A stretch of 44,331 nucleotides of DNA from Gemmatimonadota bacterium. GTDB lineage: Bacteria; Gemmatimonadota; Gemmatimonadetes; Gemmatimonadales; Gemmatimonadaceae. The stretch lies in assembly GCA_043754875.1 (NCBI GenBank), contig JAYUTY010000166.1, positions 1-44,331 of the forward strand, read 5' to 3'. Below are positions 1 to 8,544 of this stretch, piece by piece (positions within the stretch are counted from its first letter, which is position 1; the number at the start of each line of letters is the position of its first letter). Both the position numbers and the translations under genes were made by a program. The notes below the pieces were generated by a model, which ran no database searches, had not been told where the DNA came from, and saw only the letters and a list, made by a program, of their open reading frames with translations.

Positions 1-1971
1 GAGCTCCTGCGACAGCGCGAGCACGATTTCCTGAGCGCCGTGCTGGCGAATCTCCACGACGGAGTGGTTGCCTGCGATGCGGACGGCACGCTGACGCTGT
101 TCAATCGTGCCACGCGCGAGTTCCACGGCATCGGTCCTGAATCGCTCGGGCCCGAGGAGTGGGCGGGCCGCTACTCGCTCTACGCACCCGATGGTCGAAC
201 CCCACTGACCGTCGACGAGATTCCGCTGAGCCGTGCACTGCGCGGTGAGGAGGTGAAGGACCTCGAAATGGTGATCGCGCCGAAGGGGATGCGGCCTCGC
301 ACGGTGCTCGTGAGCGGTCGGCGCCTTCATAGTGACAACGGCAATATCGTGGGAGCGGTCGTCGTCATGCACGACGAGACAGACCGCCGCCGCTCGCAGG
401 CCCAGGCGGATGCGACGGAGCGACGTTTCCGCAAGATCCTCGAGACTGTCCGGGCGCTCAGCGTATGCCTCGATCTTTCCGGACGCGTGACGTTCTGCAA
501 TGACGCGGTCGCCGCACTGGCTGGCTCCACGCGCGAAGCGCTCGTGGGACAGGACTGGTTCGCGCGCTACACGCCGCCCGAAGCTGGAGCGGGCGACGCA
601 TTCCGGAACTTCATGGCATCGGGTGAGCTGCCCCAACATCTGGAGACAGAGTTCATCACGGGCTCGGGAGAGCGCCGCCTGATCTCCTGGGACAACACGG
701 TGCTCTACGACGATCTCGGCACGATCGTGGGGACGGCGAGCATCGGCCGTGACATCACCGATGCCGAGCGCATGCAGACGCAGCTCAGGCAGGCGCAGAA
801 GATGGAGGCGGTGGGGCAGCTCGCCGGTGGGATTGCGCACGACTTCAACAACCTGCTCACGGCCATCAAGTGCAGCGTGGACTTCCTCCGCGAGGCGATT
901 CTTCCCGACGACGCGTCGCGCGAGGACGTCGATCAGATTGCCGCTGCCACCGACCGGGCCGCGGCGTTGACGAGACAGTTGCTCGCCTTCAGCCGGCGAC
1001 AGACGCTGCAGCCCCAGGCGGTGAGTGCGTCGGACGTCGTGGTCGGAATCAGCACGATGCTCCGCCGCTTGCTCGGCCCCGAGATCGACATCCAGCTTGC
1101 GCTCGGGACCAGCGTCGGAGACGTCCACGTGGATCGCGGCCAGCTCGAACAGGTCATCGTCAACCTCGCGATCAATGCACGGGATGCGATGGAGCACGGG
1201 GGAACTCTGGTGATCTCCACCGGCGAGGAGTCGATCGTCGGCGCGCTGACGCACCGGCACGGGGTCGTGCCCGCTGGCGAGTACAGCACGCTGATCATGC
1301 GCGACACAGGCGTCGGCATGGACGAGCGCACGCTGGCGCGCCTGTTCGAGCCCTTCTTCACGACGAAGGAGCTGGGCAAGGGCACGGGGCTAGGCCTCTC
1401 GACCGTCTTCGGCATCGTCCAGCAGTCGGGGGGGCAGATCGTGGTCAGGAGCGCGGTGGGTGCCGGTACGACGTTCATCGTGTATCTCCCGCGCCTTGTT
1501 GGGGACGATCCGGCGGCGAGTCGCCGCGGGCTCGGTGCGGAGATGCGCGCATTGGAGCCTGAGCCGGGGACGCCCCCCATCATCGTGGTGGACGACGAGG
1601 ACAGTGTGCGCACGACGATCGTGCGCATCCTCGCGCGAGCTGGCCACTCGGTGATCCCGGTGGATAGCGGTCTGGCTGCGCTGCAGCTCATCGGGCGCTT
1701 GCGGGCCGCGGGCACGGAGCCTCGGCTCGTGATCACCGACGTCATGATGCCGGGAATGAACGGCCGGGAGCTCGCGGACCATATTGCCATCGGCACTCCC
1801 TTGCTTCCCGTGCTGCTCGTGTCCGGCTACTCGGCCGACGATGTCTTCTGCGCGGACGACAGCGCTCGCGTCTACCCGCTGCTCAACAAGCCCTTCACGC
1901 CGCACGAGCTCACGCAGACCGTGAATCGGCTGCTGCGCGATACTGCGGAAGTGGAGCCGATGCTGGCCTGA
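1..1971 (+). CDS. hybrid sensor histidine kinase / response regulator (PAS-PAS-HisKA-HATPase-REC); 5' end probably outside the window
   Basis: Frame 1 is open from nt 1 (ELLRQREHDF... precedes the listed start at 40). H-box AHDFNNLLTAI; ATP-lid motifs DTGVGM and GKGTGLGLS; C-terminal receiver IIVVDDEDSVR...ITDVMMPGMNG...LNKPF. Confidence 0.9.
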   Translation, partial: ELLRQREHDFLSAVLANLHDGVVACDADGTLTLFNRATREFHGIGPESLGPEEWAGRYSLYAPDGRTPLTVDEIPLSRALRGEEVKDLEMVIAPKGMRPRTVLVSGRRLHSDNGNIVGAVVVMHDETDRRRSQAQADATERRFRKILETVRALSVCLDLSGRVTFCNDAVAALAGSTREALVGQDWFARYTPPEAGAGDAFRNFMASGELPQHLETEFITGSGERRLISWDNTVLYDDLGTIVGTASIGRDITDAERMQTQLRQAQKMEAVGQLAGGIAHDFNNLLTAIKCSVDFLREAILPDDASREDVDQIAAATDRAAALTRQLLAFSRRQTLQPQAVSASDVVVGISTMLRRLLGPEIDIQLALGTSVGDVHVDRGQLEQVIVNLAINARDAMEHGGTLVISTGEESIVGALTHRHGVVPAGEYSTLIMRDTGVGMDERTLARLFEPFFTTKELGKGTGLGLSTVFGIVQQSGGQIVVRSAVGAGTTFIVYLPRLVGDDPAASRRGLGAEMRALEPEPGTPPIIVVDDEDSVRTTIVRILARAGHSVIPVDSGLAALQLIGRLRAAGTEPRLVITDVMMPGMNGRELADHIAIGTPLLPVLLVSGYSADDVFCADDSARVYPLLNKPFTPHELTQTVNRLLRDTAEVEPMLA

Positions 1972-1986
1972 GCCCACCGGCGCACT

Positions 1987-2006
1987 CGGACTCCAGAAGG
2001 AGTCCG
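1987..2006 (+). promoter_or_regulatory. 8-bp stem / AGAA-loop hairpin between the two kinase genes that includes the SD of the second gene
   Basis: cggactcc-agaa-ggagtccg. The GGAG of the 3' arm lies 6 nt upstream of GTG 2009. Confidence 0.4.
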
Positions 2007-2008
2007 CC

Positions 2009-3349
2009 GTGGCCGATACTGTCGGCATGCCCGACGCCCTGCCCGCCCCCCGAGAAATGCCACCAGTGGAGGTCGTGCACGCGCGCGGCGCCCGGGCAAT
2101 GCAGGGCGCGGAATCCCGATTCCGCGCGGTGCAGGACGCCTCGCCAGACGCGTGCATCATCCTCGAGGCAATAGTCGACGGTTCGGGCGAGATGTGCGAC
2201 GCGCTCATCACCTATGCGAACGCGTCGGCCTTCCGCCTCATGAAGCGGCCGGAGGACACGCTCGTCGGGCGCCATCTCGACGAGGCGTTTCCCGGCGCCA
2301 TCTCCTCCGGGCGCCTCGCGCTGTACGTCGAGGTATTTCGCACGGGGCTCACGCGCGAGCTCGTCTTCCACAGCGCCGAAGTGGACAGGTGGCTGCGCAT
2401 CATCGTGTGCAAGGTTCCCGACGGCGTCTGCATCATCGGCACGGACATGAGCGAGCAGAAGGCGGCCGAAGCCGTGCTGCGGCGATCGTATGCGGACCTG
2501 GAGCGCCTCGTTGCCGAGCGCACTCGGGATCTCGAAGCGGCGCGCCATGCCGCCGAAGCCGCGAACACGGCCAAATCCGATTTCCTCTCTCGCGCGTCCC
2601 ACGAGCTTCGCACCCCGCTCAACTCGGTGATCGGATTCTCCACGATCCTGCTCAAGAACCGCGCGGGGACGCTCGGACCGGACGAGCTCGCATTCGTCGA
2701 TCGCATCAGCCGCAATGGTCGTCACCTGCTGGCGCTGGTGAACGACCTGCTCGATCTCTCCAAGATCGAAGCTGGGAAGATGGAGCTCGAGCTCTCTCCC
2801 GTCTCCCTGTACGATCTCGCGCATGACGTGCGCTCGACGCTCGAAGGTCCCGCGGCCGACAGGCGACTGCTCCTCACGGTTGATCTGCCGGACGACGGTC
2901 TCATCGCGCCCGACCTGACCATCGTGACCGACGAACAACGGCTGCGGCAGGTGCTGATCAACCTCGTCGGCAATGCGATCAAGTATACGGAGAGCGGTGC
3001 GGTGATCGTCCGCGTGATCACGACGGCATCTGGGTGCCCGGTTCGCATCGATGTGGTCGACACCGGCCTCGGCATCGCGCCGCACCGGGTGGAAGCGATG
3101 TTCGAGCCGTTCGTGATCGGTGATCGTGCGGGCGTTGATGGGGAATCCACGGGGCTGGGCCTCGCGATCTCCCGGTCGCTCTGCGACGCGCTCGGGTACC
3201 GGCTCTCGGCGACGAGCAGTGTGGGCGGGGGCAGCGTGTTCACGATTCATCTCGACGCCGACGAGGAGCAGGCGCTGCCAACGTCGGGCACGGCCGGGTC
3301 CCGAACGCTCGGTCAGTTCACCCCGCGCCACGTCATGCTGATGCGCTGA
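2009..3349 (+). CDS. PAS-domain sensor histidine kinase
   Basis: H-box SHELRTPLNSVIGFS; N-box LINLVGNAIKYT; VVDTGLGI and STGLGLAISRSL. GTG start 6 nt after an AAGGAG Shine-Dalgarno. Confidence 0.88.
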   Translation: MADTVGMPDALPAPREMPPVEVVHARGARAMQGAESRFRAVQDASPDACIILEAIVDGSGEMCDALITYANASAFRLMKRPEDTLVGRHLDEAFPGAISSGRLALYVEVFRTGLTRELVFHSAEVDRWLRIIVCKVPDGVCIIGTDMSEQKAAEAVLRRSYADLERLVAERTRDLEAARHAAEAANTAKSDFLSRASHELRTPLNSVIGFSTILLKNRAGTLGPDELAFVDRISRNGRHLLALVNDLLDLSKIEAGKMELELSPVSLYDLAHDVRSTLEGPAADRRLLLTVDLPDDGLIAPDLTIVTDEQRLRQVLINLVGNAIKYTESGAVIVRVITTASGCPVRIDVVDTGLGIAPHRVEAMFEPFVIGDRAGVDGESTGLGLAISRSLCDALGYRLSATSSVGGGSVFTIHLDADEEQALPTSGTAGSRTLGQFTPRHVMLMR

Positions 3350-3486
3350 CTCTCCCCGGCTGCGTGGCCCCTCGTCGTCGAGGCCGGCAGAGCGGCCGTG
3401 GGCGGACGCCGCCCTCACGAGGGTGGCCGACGGATTGCGCATCCCTGGCATCAGCCGCGCGGCGCGGTACAGCGGAGGATACGGAA

Positions 3487-4689
3487 ATGGCTGGACACGA
3501 CATCATCGTGATCGGTGGCTCGGCCGGCAGCATCGAGGCGCTCTCGACAATTCTGTCGAGGGTGCCCGCCGATCTGCCAGCGTCCATCTGTGTCGCGCTC
3601 CACCAGTCGGCGTACTCGCCAAATCGGCGACCGGAAATCTTCTCGCGTGTCAGCCGGCTTCCCGTGGTGCTCGCCGAACAGGGGATGTGCCTGCGCCGCG
3701 GCACGGTGTATCTGGCCGCGCAGGACATGCACCTCATGCTCGAGCGCAGCGCGAGCGACGAGCTGGGCACGCTCCGGCTCGTCCGCGGTCCGAAGGAGAA
3801 TCGCGCGCGTCCGTCAGTCGACCCGCTCTCCCGCACCGCGGCGCTCGCCTTCGGGCGGCGCGTGATCGCCGTGGTGCTGTCCGGCGCGCTGGACGACGGA
3901 ACGGCGGGGTTGTGGGCGGTCAAGGACCGCGAGGGCATCGCGGTTGTGCAGGACCCGCGCGATGCGGCGGTGAGCAGCATGCCGATGCACGCAATCGAGG
4001 AAGTCGGAGTCGACCACGTCGTGACCGCCGAGGAACTGGGACCACTGCTGGGTGAGCTGGCCCGTCGACCGATTGGCCCGAGCATGCGCCCTGACAGCCG
4101 TCCAGAGCACGACGAAGACGCGACTGGTGAGCACGCGACTCCCCTGATCGTCGCCAGTGTGTCCCACGCGTCACGCCCGAACGGTACGACCGGCGACATC
4201 GAACGTGAGGTCGCCATAAGTCTGTTGAACGAGGATGCCCATTCGGACGGCCCCCGCTACGGTGCGCCCTCCCGGTTCGCCTGCCCCGACTGCGGAGGGG
4301 TCCTCTGGGCTGCCGCCGTGCGGGGTGCCCCCGCGCATTTCCGCTGCGAAACGGGGCACGCATACGCCGCGGCGAGTCTCGCCGAGGCGCAGACGGAGGC
4401 GGTGGAAGCAGCGATGTGGGCAGCGCTGCGCGCGCTGGAGGACAAGGTGGAGCTCGCGCGCGTCCGCGCCGGGGTGGCGCATGAGCCAGGGCTCCAGCAG
4501 CAGGTGCAACAATTCGAGCTGCAGAGCTACGCGGCACAGGAGCACGCCGCGGCAATTCGCGCGTTGCTGCGGCTCGACGGAAGGGCAGGGATCCGTCCAG
4601 CGACCTTGCGAACCTCGTCGCATCGCAATGCCGATCTGGGCGGCGACCGACCCGGCGTCGTCGCAGGGAGCGAGCGCCGCGCGCGGTAG
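3487..4689 (+). CDS. receiver-less CheB-type protein-glutamate methylesterase domain protein with C-terminal zinc-ribbon/coiled-coil
   Basis: DIIVIGGSAGSIEAL...VLSGALDDGTAGL resembles the CheB catalytic domain. Downstream CPDCGGVLW...FRCETGHAY is a Cys/His ribbon. ATG at 3487 is preceded by GGAGGA; the longer ORF from 3364 adds an Arg-rich, unlikely extension. Confidence 0.8.
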   Translation: MAGHDIIVIGGSAGSIEALSTILSRVPADLPASICVALHQSAYSPNRRPEIFSRVSRLPVVLAEQGMCLRRGTVYLAAQDMHLMLERSASDELGTLRLVRGPKENRARPSVDPLSRTAALAFGRRVIAVVLSGALDDGTAGLWAVKDREGIAVVQDPRDAAVSSMPMHAIEEVGVDHVVTAEELGPLLGELARRPIGPSMRPDSRPEHDEDATGEHATPLIVASVSHASRPNGTTGDIEREVAISLLNEDAHSDGPRYGAPSRFACPDCGGVLWAAAVRGAPAHFRCETGHAYAAASLAEAQTEAVEAAMWAALRALEDKVELARVRAGVAHEPGLQQQVQQFELQSYAAQEHAAAIRALLRLDGRAGIRPATLRTSSHRNADLGGDRPGVVAGSERRAR

Positions 4690-4696
4690 CGCAGCG

Positions 4697-5179
4697 TCAG
4701 CCGCCGGCCTGCGGAAGCGGGGAGCGCCCCCCGCGCGCTCCATCGACGATCGCTTGCGCACGCCGCGCGGCGGCACGGAGTTCGGCGGGTCCGTCGATGG
4801 TGCGCCACATCAGGAAGGCGAACAGATAGGCGCCAATTGTCGAGAGAGTGCCGCCGAGCGCGAGGACGGCGGTGCCTGGCGCCAGCCCGCGCGCGCGAAG
4901 AGCGAAGCCGACGACCATGCATGCGAGGCCGGCGTTCGACGTCCACCAGTGCGCGCCGGCGGCACGACGACTGTGCAATGGATGCCCGGCGAATCGCGGC
5001 ACGACGTGATACGCAATTCCGAAGATCATCATCGTCACGAAGCCGAGCAGCATCATGTGCACGTGGGCCGTCCGGTAGATGGTCCACATCGGATGCGCAG
5101 CCATCGCCGCTCCGAGCGTCGAGCCGAGCACCAGCCACGTGAGGCTCGCCTTGAGAAATGCCTTGACGAACCACTCCAT
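4697..5179 (-). CDS. small 4-TM membrane protein resembling helices IX-XII of heme-copper oxidase subunit I
   Basis: AHVHMMLLGFVTMMIFGIAYHVVPRF fits the helix-X pattern H-x-H-x4-G-x-V-x3-F-G-x2-Y-x2-P-[KR] of HCO subunit I. A following HWW is in the position of the HFW helix. Its start overlaps the cupin stop by 1 nt (5179). Confidence 0.7.
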   Translation of the reverse strand: MEWFVKAFLKASLTWLVLGSTLGAAMAAHPMWTIYRTAHVHMMLLGFVTMMIFGIAYHVVPRFAGHPLHSRRAAGAHWWTSNAGLACMVVGFALRARGLAPGTAVLALGGTLSTIGAYLFAFLMWRTIDGPAELRAAARRAQAIVDGARGGRSPLPQAGG

Positions 5180-5511
5180 CAGCGGCTCCCTGGTCGCGGC
5201 GTGATGGCAGCGAGGATCAGAAGCTCCTCGTCGACCGCCCGCATCCCATGGAGCTCGTTGGGTTCGAAGACGACGTAGTCACCCTCGACGCAATTCCGCT
5301 CTTCGGCCTCCCCGGAGATCATCCCGCGTCCGGAGAGCACTGTCAGCATCACGCTCGACGAGTTGCGGTGCGGCGGCACCGCCTGGCCGGCGGCCAGTCG
5401 GAAGGTGACCAGGCGCACGTCGGGCGCATCGTGCAGCAAGTGGGTCGCGGGGCGATCGGGTCGCGGCGCGACAGCCGCCCGCGCCATCTCGGCGGGTTGC
5501 ATGACGATCAC
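5179..5511 (-). CDS. cupin domain protein
   Basis: GQAVPPHRNSSSVMLTVLSGRGMISGE...GDYVVFEPNELHGMRA is a typical cupin_2 two-motif core. 4-nt overlap with the upstream gene (5508-5511). Confidence 0.8.
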   Translation of the reverse strand: MIVMQPAEMARAAVAPRPDRPATHLLHDAPDVRLVTFRLAAGQAVPPHRNSSSVMLTVLSGRGMISGEAEERNCVEGDYVVFEPNELHGMRAVDEELLILAAITPRPGSR

Positions 5512-5750
5512 GTCGACTGCTCGTCTGGAAGGTCCCCGAGCGCTGCGGCTTCCAGCGCCGAAAGCAGCGCTTCGGCTTCGACGCCGACGTCGGCCGCTGC
5601 GGCGGCGAGCGATGCGGCGCCGCCGCAGCAGCTATCCACGCCGAAGGCGTTGAACACGCTCGCGCACCCCGGGAATCTGAGCAGCACGTCGTTCACCGTG
5701 TGCTCGAGTGAGAGTGATACGAGCGAAGCGGGAGAGTCGACGATGTCCAT
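5508..5750 (-). CDS. ScdA_N (DUF542) domain-only protein, related to the N-terminal domain of RIC/YtfE di-iron repair proteins
   Basis: TVNDVLLRFPGCASVFNAFGVDSCCGGAASLAAAAADVGVEAEALLSALE matches the ScdA_N signature (F..GIDFCCGG..sL..a). No hemerythrin domain follows. Confidence 0.75.
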   Translation of the reverse strand: MDIVDSPASLVSLSLEHTVNDVLLRFPGCASVFNAFGVDSCCGGAASLAAAAADVGVEAEALLSALEAAALGDLPDEQST

Positions 5751-5762
5751 GGTTCCATTCCT

Positions 5763-6377
5763 TCAGTGGAGCAGCGCACGCGCTGCGATGATGGTCTCGT
5801 CGCGGTCGCCGACGCCCTGCTGTTGATGGACCACACGACCTGAGGAATCCAGAAGAGTCAGCGTGTTCGAGTGGGCGATCTCCTGCGGCGACACTCGGCG
5901 ATATCGAACGCCGAGTGACGCGGCGAGAGCACGGACGTCGCTGTCGGCGCCGGTGAGCAGCGTCCACCGATCGGGGCCGAGCTCGTGTCGGCGGGCGAAC
6001 TCCGCGAGCGCGTGCGGGTCGTCGCGATCAGGGTCGAGCGAGACGAGGACGAAGCCGAGTCGTGGGTCCGTGACTGCGGCGATGCGCTTGAGATCCTCGA
6101 CGACGAGCGGACAGGTGGACGTGCAGCTCGTGTAGACCAGTGCGAGCAGCTGCGGCCGTCCTCGCAGCGAGTCGAGCGTGCGGACCGATCCTGATTGGTC
6201 GCGCCACGCGGAGCCGAGATCGTAGATCGAATAGGAATCGGATTGCGACGCCGACGGCTTCGCGGGCCGCTCCGCAGCATTGGCAGGAGCGGCTCCGCCG
6301 GTACAGGCCGAGGTCGCAAGGAGAGCGACCAGCATCGCGGCAGCCAGGAAAGCACGAGTGGTAGCGGGACGGGACAT
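5763..6377 (-). CDS. senC: SCO1/SenC family copper chaperone, lipoprotein
   Basis: Thioredoxin-fold CxxxC motif YTSCTSTCP with a downstream conserved His (IAHSNTLTLL). Lipobox LLATSAC. ATG at 6377 lies 3 nt after the nirV stop; the ORF-track extension to 6605 overlaps nirV and is Arg-rich. Confidence 0.85.
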   Translation of the reverse strand: MSRPATTRAFLAAAMLVALLATSACTGGAAPANAAERPAKPSASQSDSYSIYDLGSAWRDQSGSVRTLDSLRGRPQLLALVYTSCTSTCPLVVEDLKRIAAVTDPRLGFVLVSLDPDRDDPHALAEFARRHELGPDRWTLLTGADSDVRALAASLGVRYRRVSPQEIAHSNTLTLLDSSGRVVHQQQGVGDRDETIIAARALLH

Positions 6378-6379
6378 GC

Positions 6380-7216
6380 TCAGACTGGTCGGTCGGAGGC
6401 GCATCGAAAGCCGACGCCCGCGATGGTGGAGCGGGCGGTGAGCCCGGCACGAACCGCATAGCGCGAGAAGGCGGGATAATCCGAGGCGTCGGTGGCACCG
6501 ATCGCCGAGCTGGCGCAGAAGAGATGATGGTCCCGCGCGTCCTGGCCGCTGCCAGTGGCGCGCGAGTCGTCGGCGACGACGACCGAATTGAAGTCCAGCG
6601 TCCACTCCCAGACGAGCGCGTGCAGATCCTGCACGCCGAACGCGTTGGGGCGCGTGTGTCCTACACCGCGCTGCGCGGCAGACGCGCGCGTCGAATAGAG
6701 CGCGAGCAGCGCGCGGCGCACGAGCGGATCATCAGCGGCGTCGCGCTCTGTCTCGCTCGCCGCGGCTGCGTACTCCCACTCGTCTACCGTGGGCAGCCGC
6801 TTGCCCTGCGAGGTGCAGTACGCGCGCGCAGCGAACCACGAGACGCTCGTCGCTGGCCGCTGCAGCTCGGTCGGTGTGCCCGCGTTCGTCGTACTGGGCC
6901 AGTCCGCGAGGTACGACGCCTCGGCGAACACGGGGCGGATGTCGCCCCGTCGCCACGTCGGATTTGCGAGCACGAAGTTCAGAAAATCGCCACGAGTGAC
7001 GAGGGTGCGGTCCAGAGCGAACGACGCCACGTGCACCCGCGTCTCGCCTGGTGCCGCGTAGAGCGGCCGATAGTCGCCGGCGGGAAGCTGCACCATCGCG
7101 CTCACTGCTGGCCGCCGCAGCGCGGACACCGTCGTGCCTCGGCCCGTCGCCGCCTGAGCGGTGCAGGGCAGGGCGACGACGGCGAGCATCGCGGCGGTGA
7201 GCAGGGAAGTGCGCAT
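6380..7216 (-). CDS. nirV: formylglycine-generating-enzyme (SUMF1) family protein, NirV-like
   Basis: Signal peptide MRTSLLTAAMLAVVALPCTAQA. FGE-sulfatase-type motifs TRGDFLNFV..NPTWRR, VWEWTLDF and GVGFRCA. Sits immediately downstream of nirK, as in known nirK-nirV pairs. Confidence 0.8.
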   Translation of the reverse strand: MRTSLLTAAMLAVVALPCTAQAATGRGTTVSALRRPAVSAMVQLPAGDYRPLYAAPGETRVHVASFALDRTLVTRGDFLNFVLANPTWRRGDIRPVFAEASYLADWPSTTNAGTPTELQRPATSVSWFAARAYCTSQGKRLPTVDEWEYAAAASETERDAADDPLVRRALLALYSTRASAAQRGVGHTRPNAFGVQDLHALVWEWTLDFNSVVVADDSRATGSGQDARDHHLFCASSAIGATDASDYPAFSRYAVRAGLTARSTIAGVGFRCASDRPV

Positions 7217-7248
7217 GGTGGACTCCGGCTGTTGGTGAGAGCGCGAGA

Positions 7249-8370
7249 CTACTTGCCGGCGACGCCGAGGCCCTTGATCGCGGCGAAGACCTTCGGGTTG
7301 TCCGGCCCTGTCACCTGCAGGATACCGAGCGCACCCTTGTTGAAGGCGCGGAAGATCGAGTGGTCCACGAGGATCAGGTCGCCCGGCTTCTCGACGCCGA
7401 ACTCCACGATCACCGAGCCGCCAGCGGGAACCATCGTCGTCTGCACGTTGTGCTGCGTCGCCAGGGAACCGCCTTCCTGATAGACGTTGTCGAAGATCTC
7501 GCCGATGACGTGGAAGGAGCTGGTGAGGTTCGGGCCCGCGTCACCGAAGAAGATGCGCACACGCTCGCCGACCTTGGCTTGCATCGCGTGGTCGCCGGTG
7601 AGGGCGCCGACGCTCCCATTGAACACGACGTACGTGGGACGCTCGTCGATCCCCTTGTCCATGTCGAGCGATTGGAGACCGTGCTCGCCGAACTTGCCCT
7701 TCGTGTAGAACTCGCTCTGCATCACGTAGAACTCACGGTCCACCGCGGGCAGGCCGGCCTTGGGCTCGACGAGAATCATCCCGTACATCCCGTTCGCCAT
7801 GTGCATCGGCACGGGCGAGGTGGCGCAGTGATAGATGAACAGGCCCGGGTTCATCGCCGTGAAGGTGAAGACGGACTCGTGGCCGGGCAGCGTCAACGAG
7901 CTCTTGGCGCCGCCGCCAGGGCCGGTCACCGCGTGCAGGTCGATGTTGTGGGGCATCGTGCTGCCCGCCGCATTCTTCAGGTGGAGCTCGACGAGGTCGC
8001 CTTCGCGCACGCGCAGGAACTTGCCGGGGACCGTGCCACCGAATGTCCACATCGTGTACTCGACGCTGTCGGCGAGGCGCATCGTCGTCTCGGTGACATC
8101 GAGGTTGACGATCACCTTCGTCGCGTGCGTGCGCGTGATCGGCGCGGGAACGGCGGGCGCCGTCGTCAGCACTGCCACTTCCTCACCGACGATCGGCTCG
8201 TTGGGAGTGCGCACGGGCACCTTCGCGCTCGTGCCCGTCTCCGCAGCATCGGCGGGAACGCCACAGCCGGCGAGCGAGACCAGCAGGAGCAGCGCGGCGA
8301 TCGCCAGGATCAGCTCGAGGGTGAATCGGGAGAGCGGGGTACGCGGGGCATCTGGGTGGAACGTGTGCAT
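7249..8370 (-). CDS. nirK: copper-containing nitrite reductase, AniA-like lipoprotein
   Basis: Cu ligands [16 protein letters not shown] (T1 His / T2 His) and [16 protein letters not shown] (His-Cys-x8-His-x4-Met). Lipobox LLVSLAGC. Confidence 0.95.
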   Translation of the reverse strand: MHTFHPDAPRTPLSRFTLELILAIAALLLLVSLAGCGVPADAAETGTSAKVPVRTPNEPIVGEEVAVLTTAPAVPAPITRTHATKVIVNLDVTETTMRLADSVEYTMWTFGGTVPGKFLRVREGDLVELHLKNAAGSTMPHNIDLHAVTGPGGGAKSSLTLPGHESVFTFTAMNPGLFIYHCATSPVPMHMANGMYGMILVEPKAGLPAVDREFYVMQSEFYTKGKFGEHGLQSLDMDKGIDERPTYVVFNGSVGALTGDHAMQAKVGERVRIFFGDAGPNLTSSFHVIGEIFDNVYQEGGSLATQHNVQTTMVPAGGSVIVEFGVEKPGDLILVDHSIFRAFNKGALGILQVTGPDNPKVFAAIKGLGVAGK

Positions 8371-8506
8371 GGTCCGGATCCGGTTGGGGGTGGCGCGCGG
8401 CTCGGCAACGAGGACGGCGACTACCCAAGGAGAATCGCCATTGTCAGGGCGCCCAACCGTAGGGAGATCCGTGGAATTCCTGTGGGTGTCTTTTCGGCGA
8501 TCATGT

Positions 8507-8540
8507 CGGGGAAACTCCCCGTCCGACGCCCGCCGGCGTC
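8507..8540 (-). terminator. two short GC hairpins directly after the hemolysin-III stop
   Basis: cgggga-aac-tccccg (8507-8521) and gacgcc-cgcc-ggcgtc (8525-8540). No U-tract. Confidence 0.35.
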
Positions 8541-8544
8541 TGGC

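Noticed and set aside
8441-8456. Possible FNR/NnrR/Dnr box upstream of nirK (minus strand TTGGGCGCCCTGACAA).
   Set aside because: It is TTG-N10-CAA rather than the TTGAT-N4-ATCAA (TTG-N8-CAA) geometry and lacks the inner AT/AT bases. I cannot support it as a CRP/FNR-family site.
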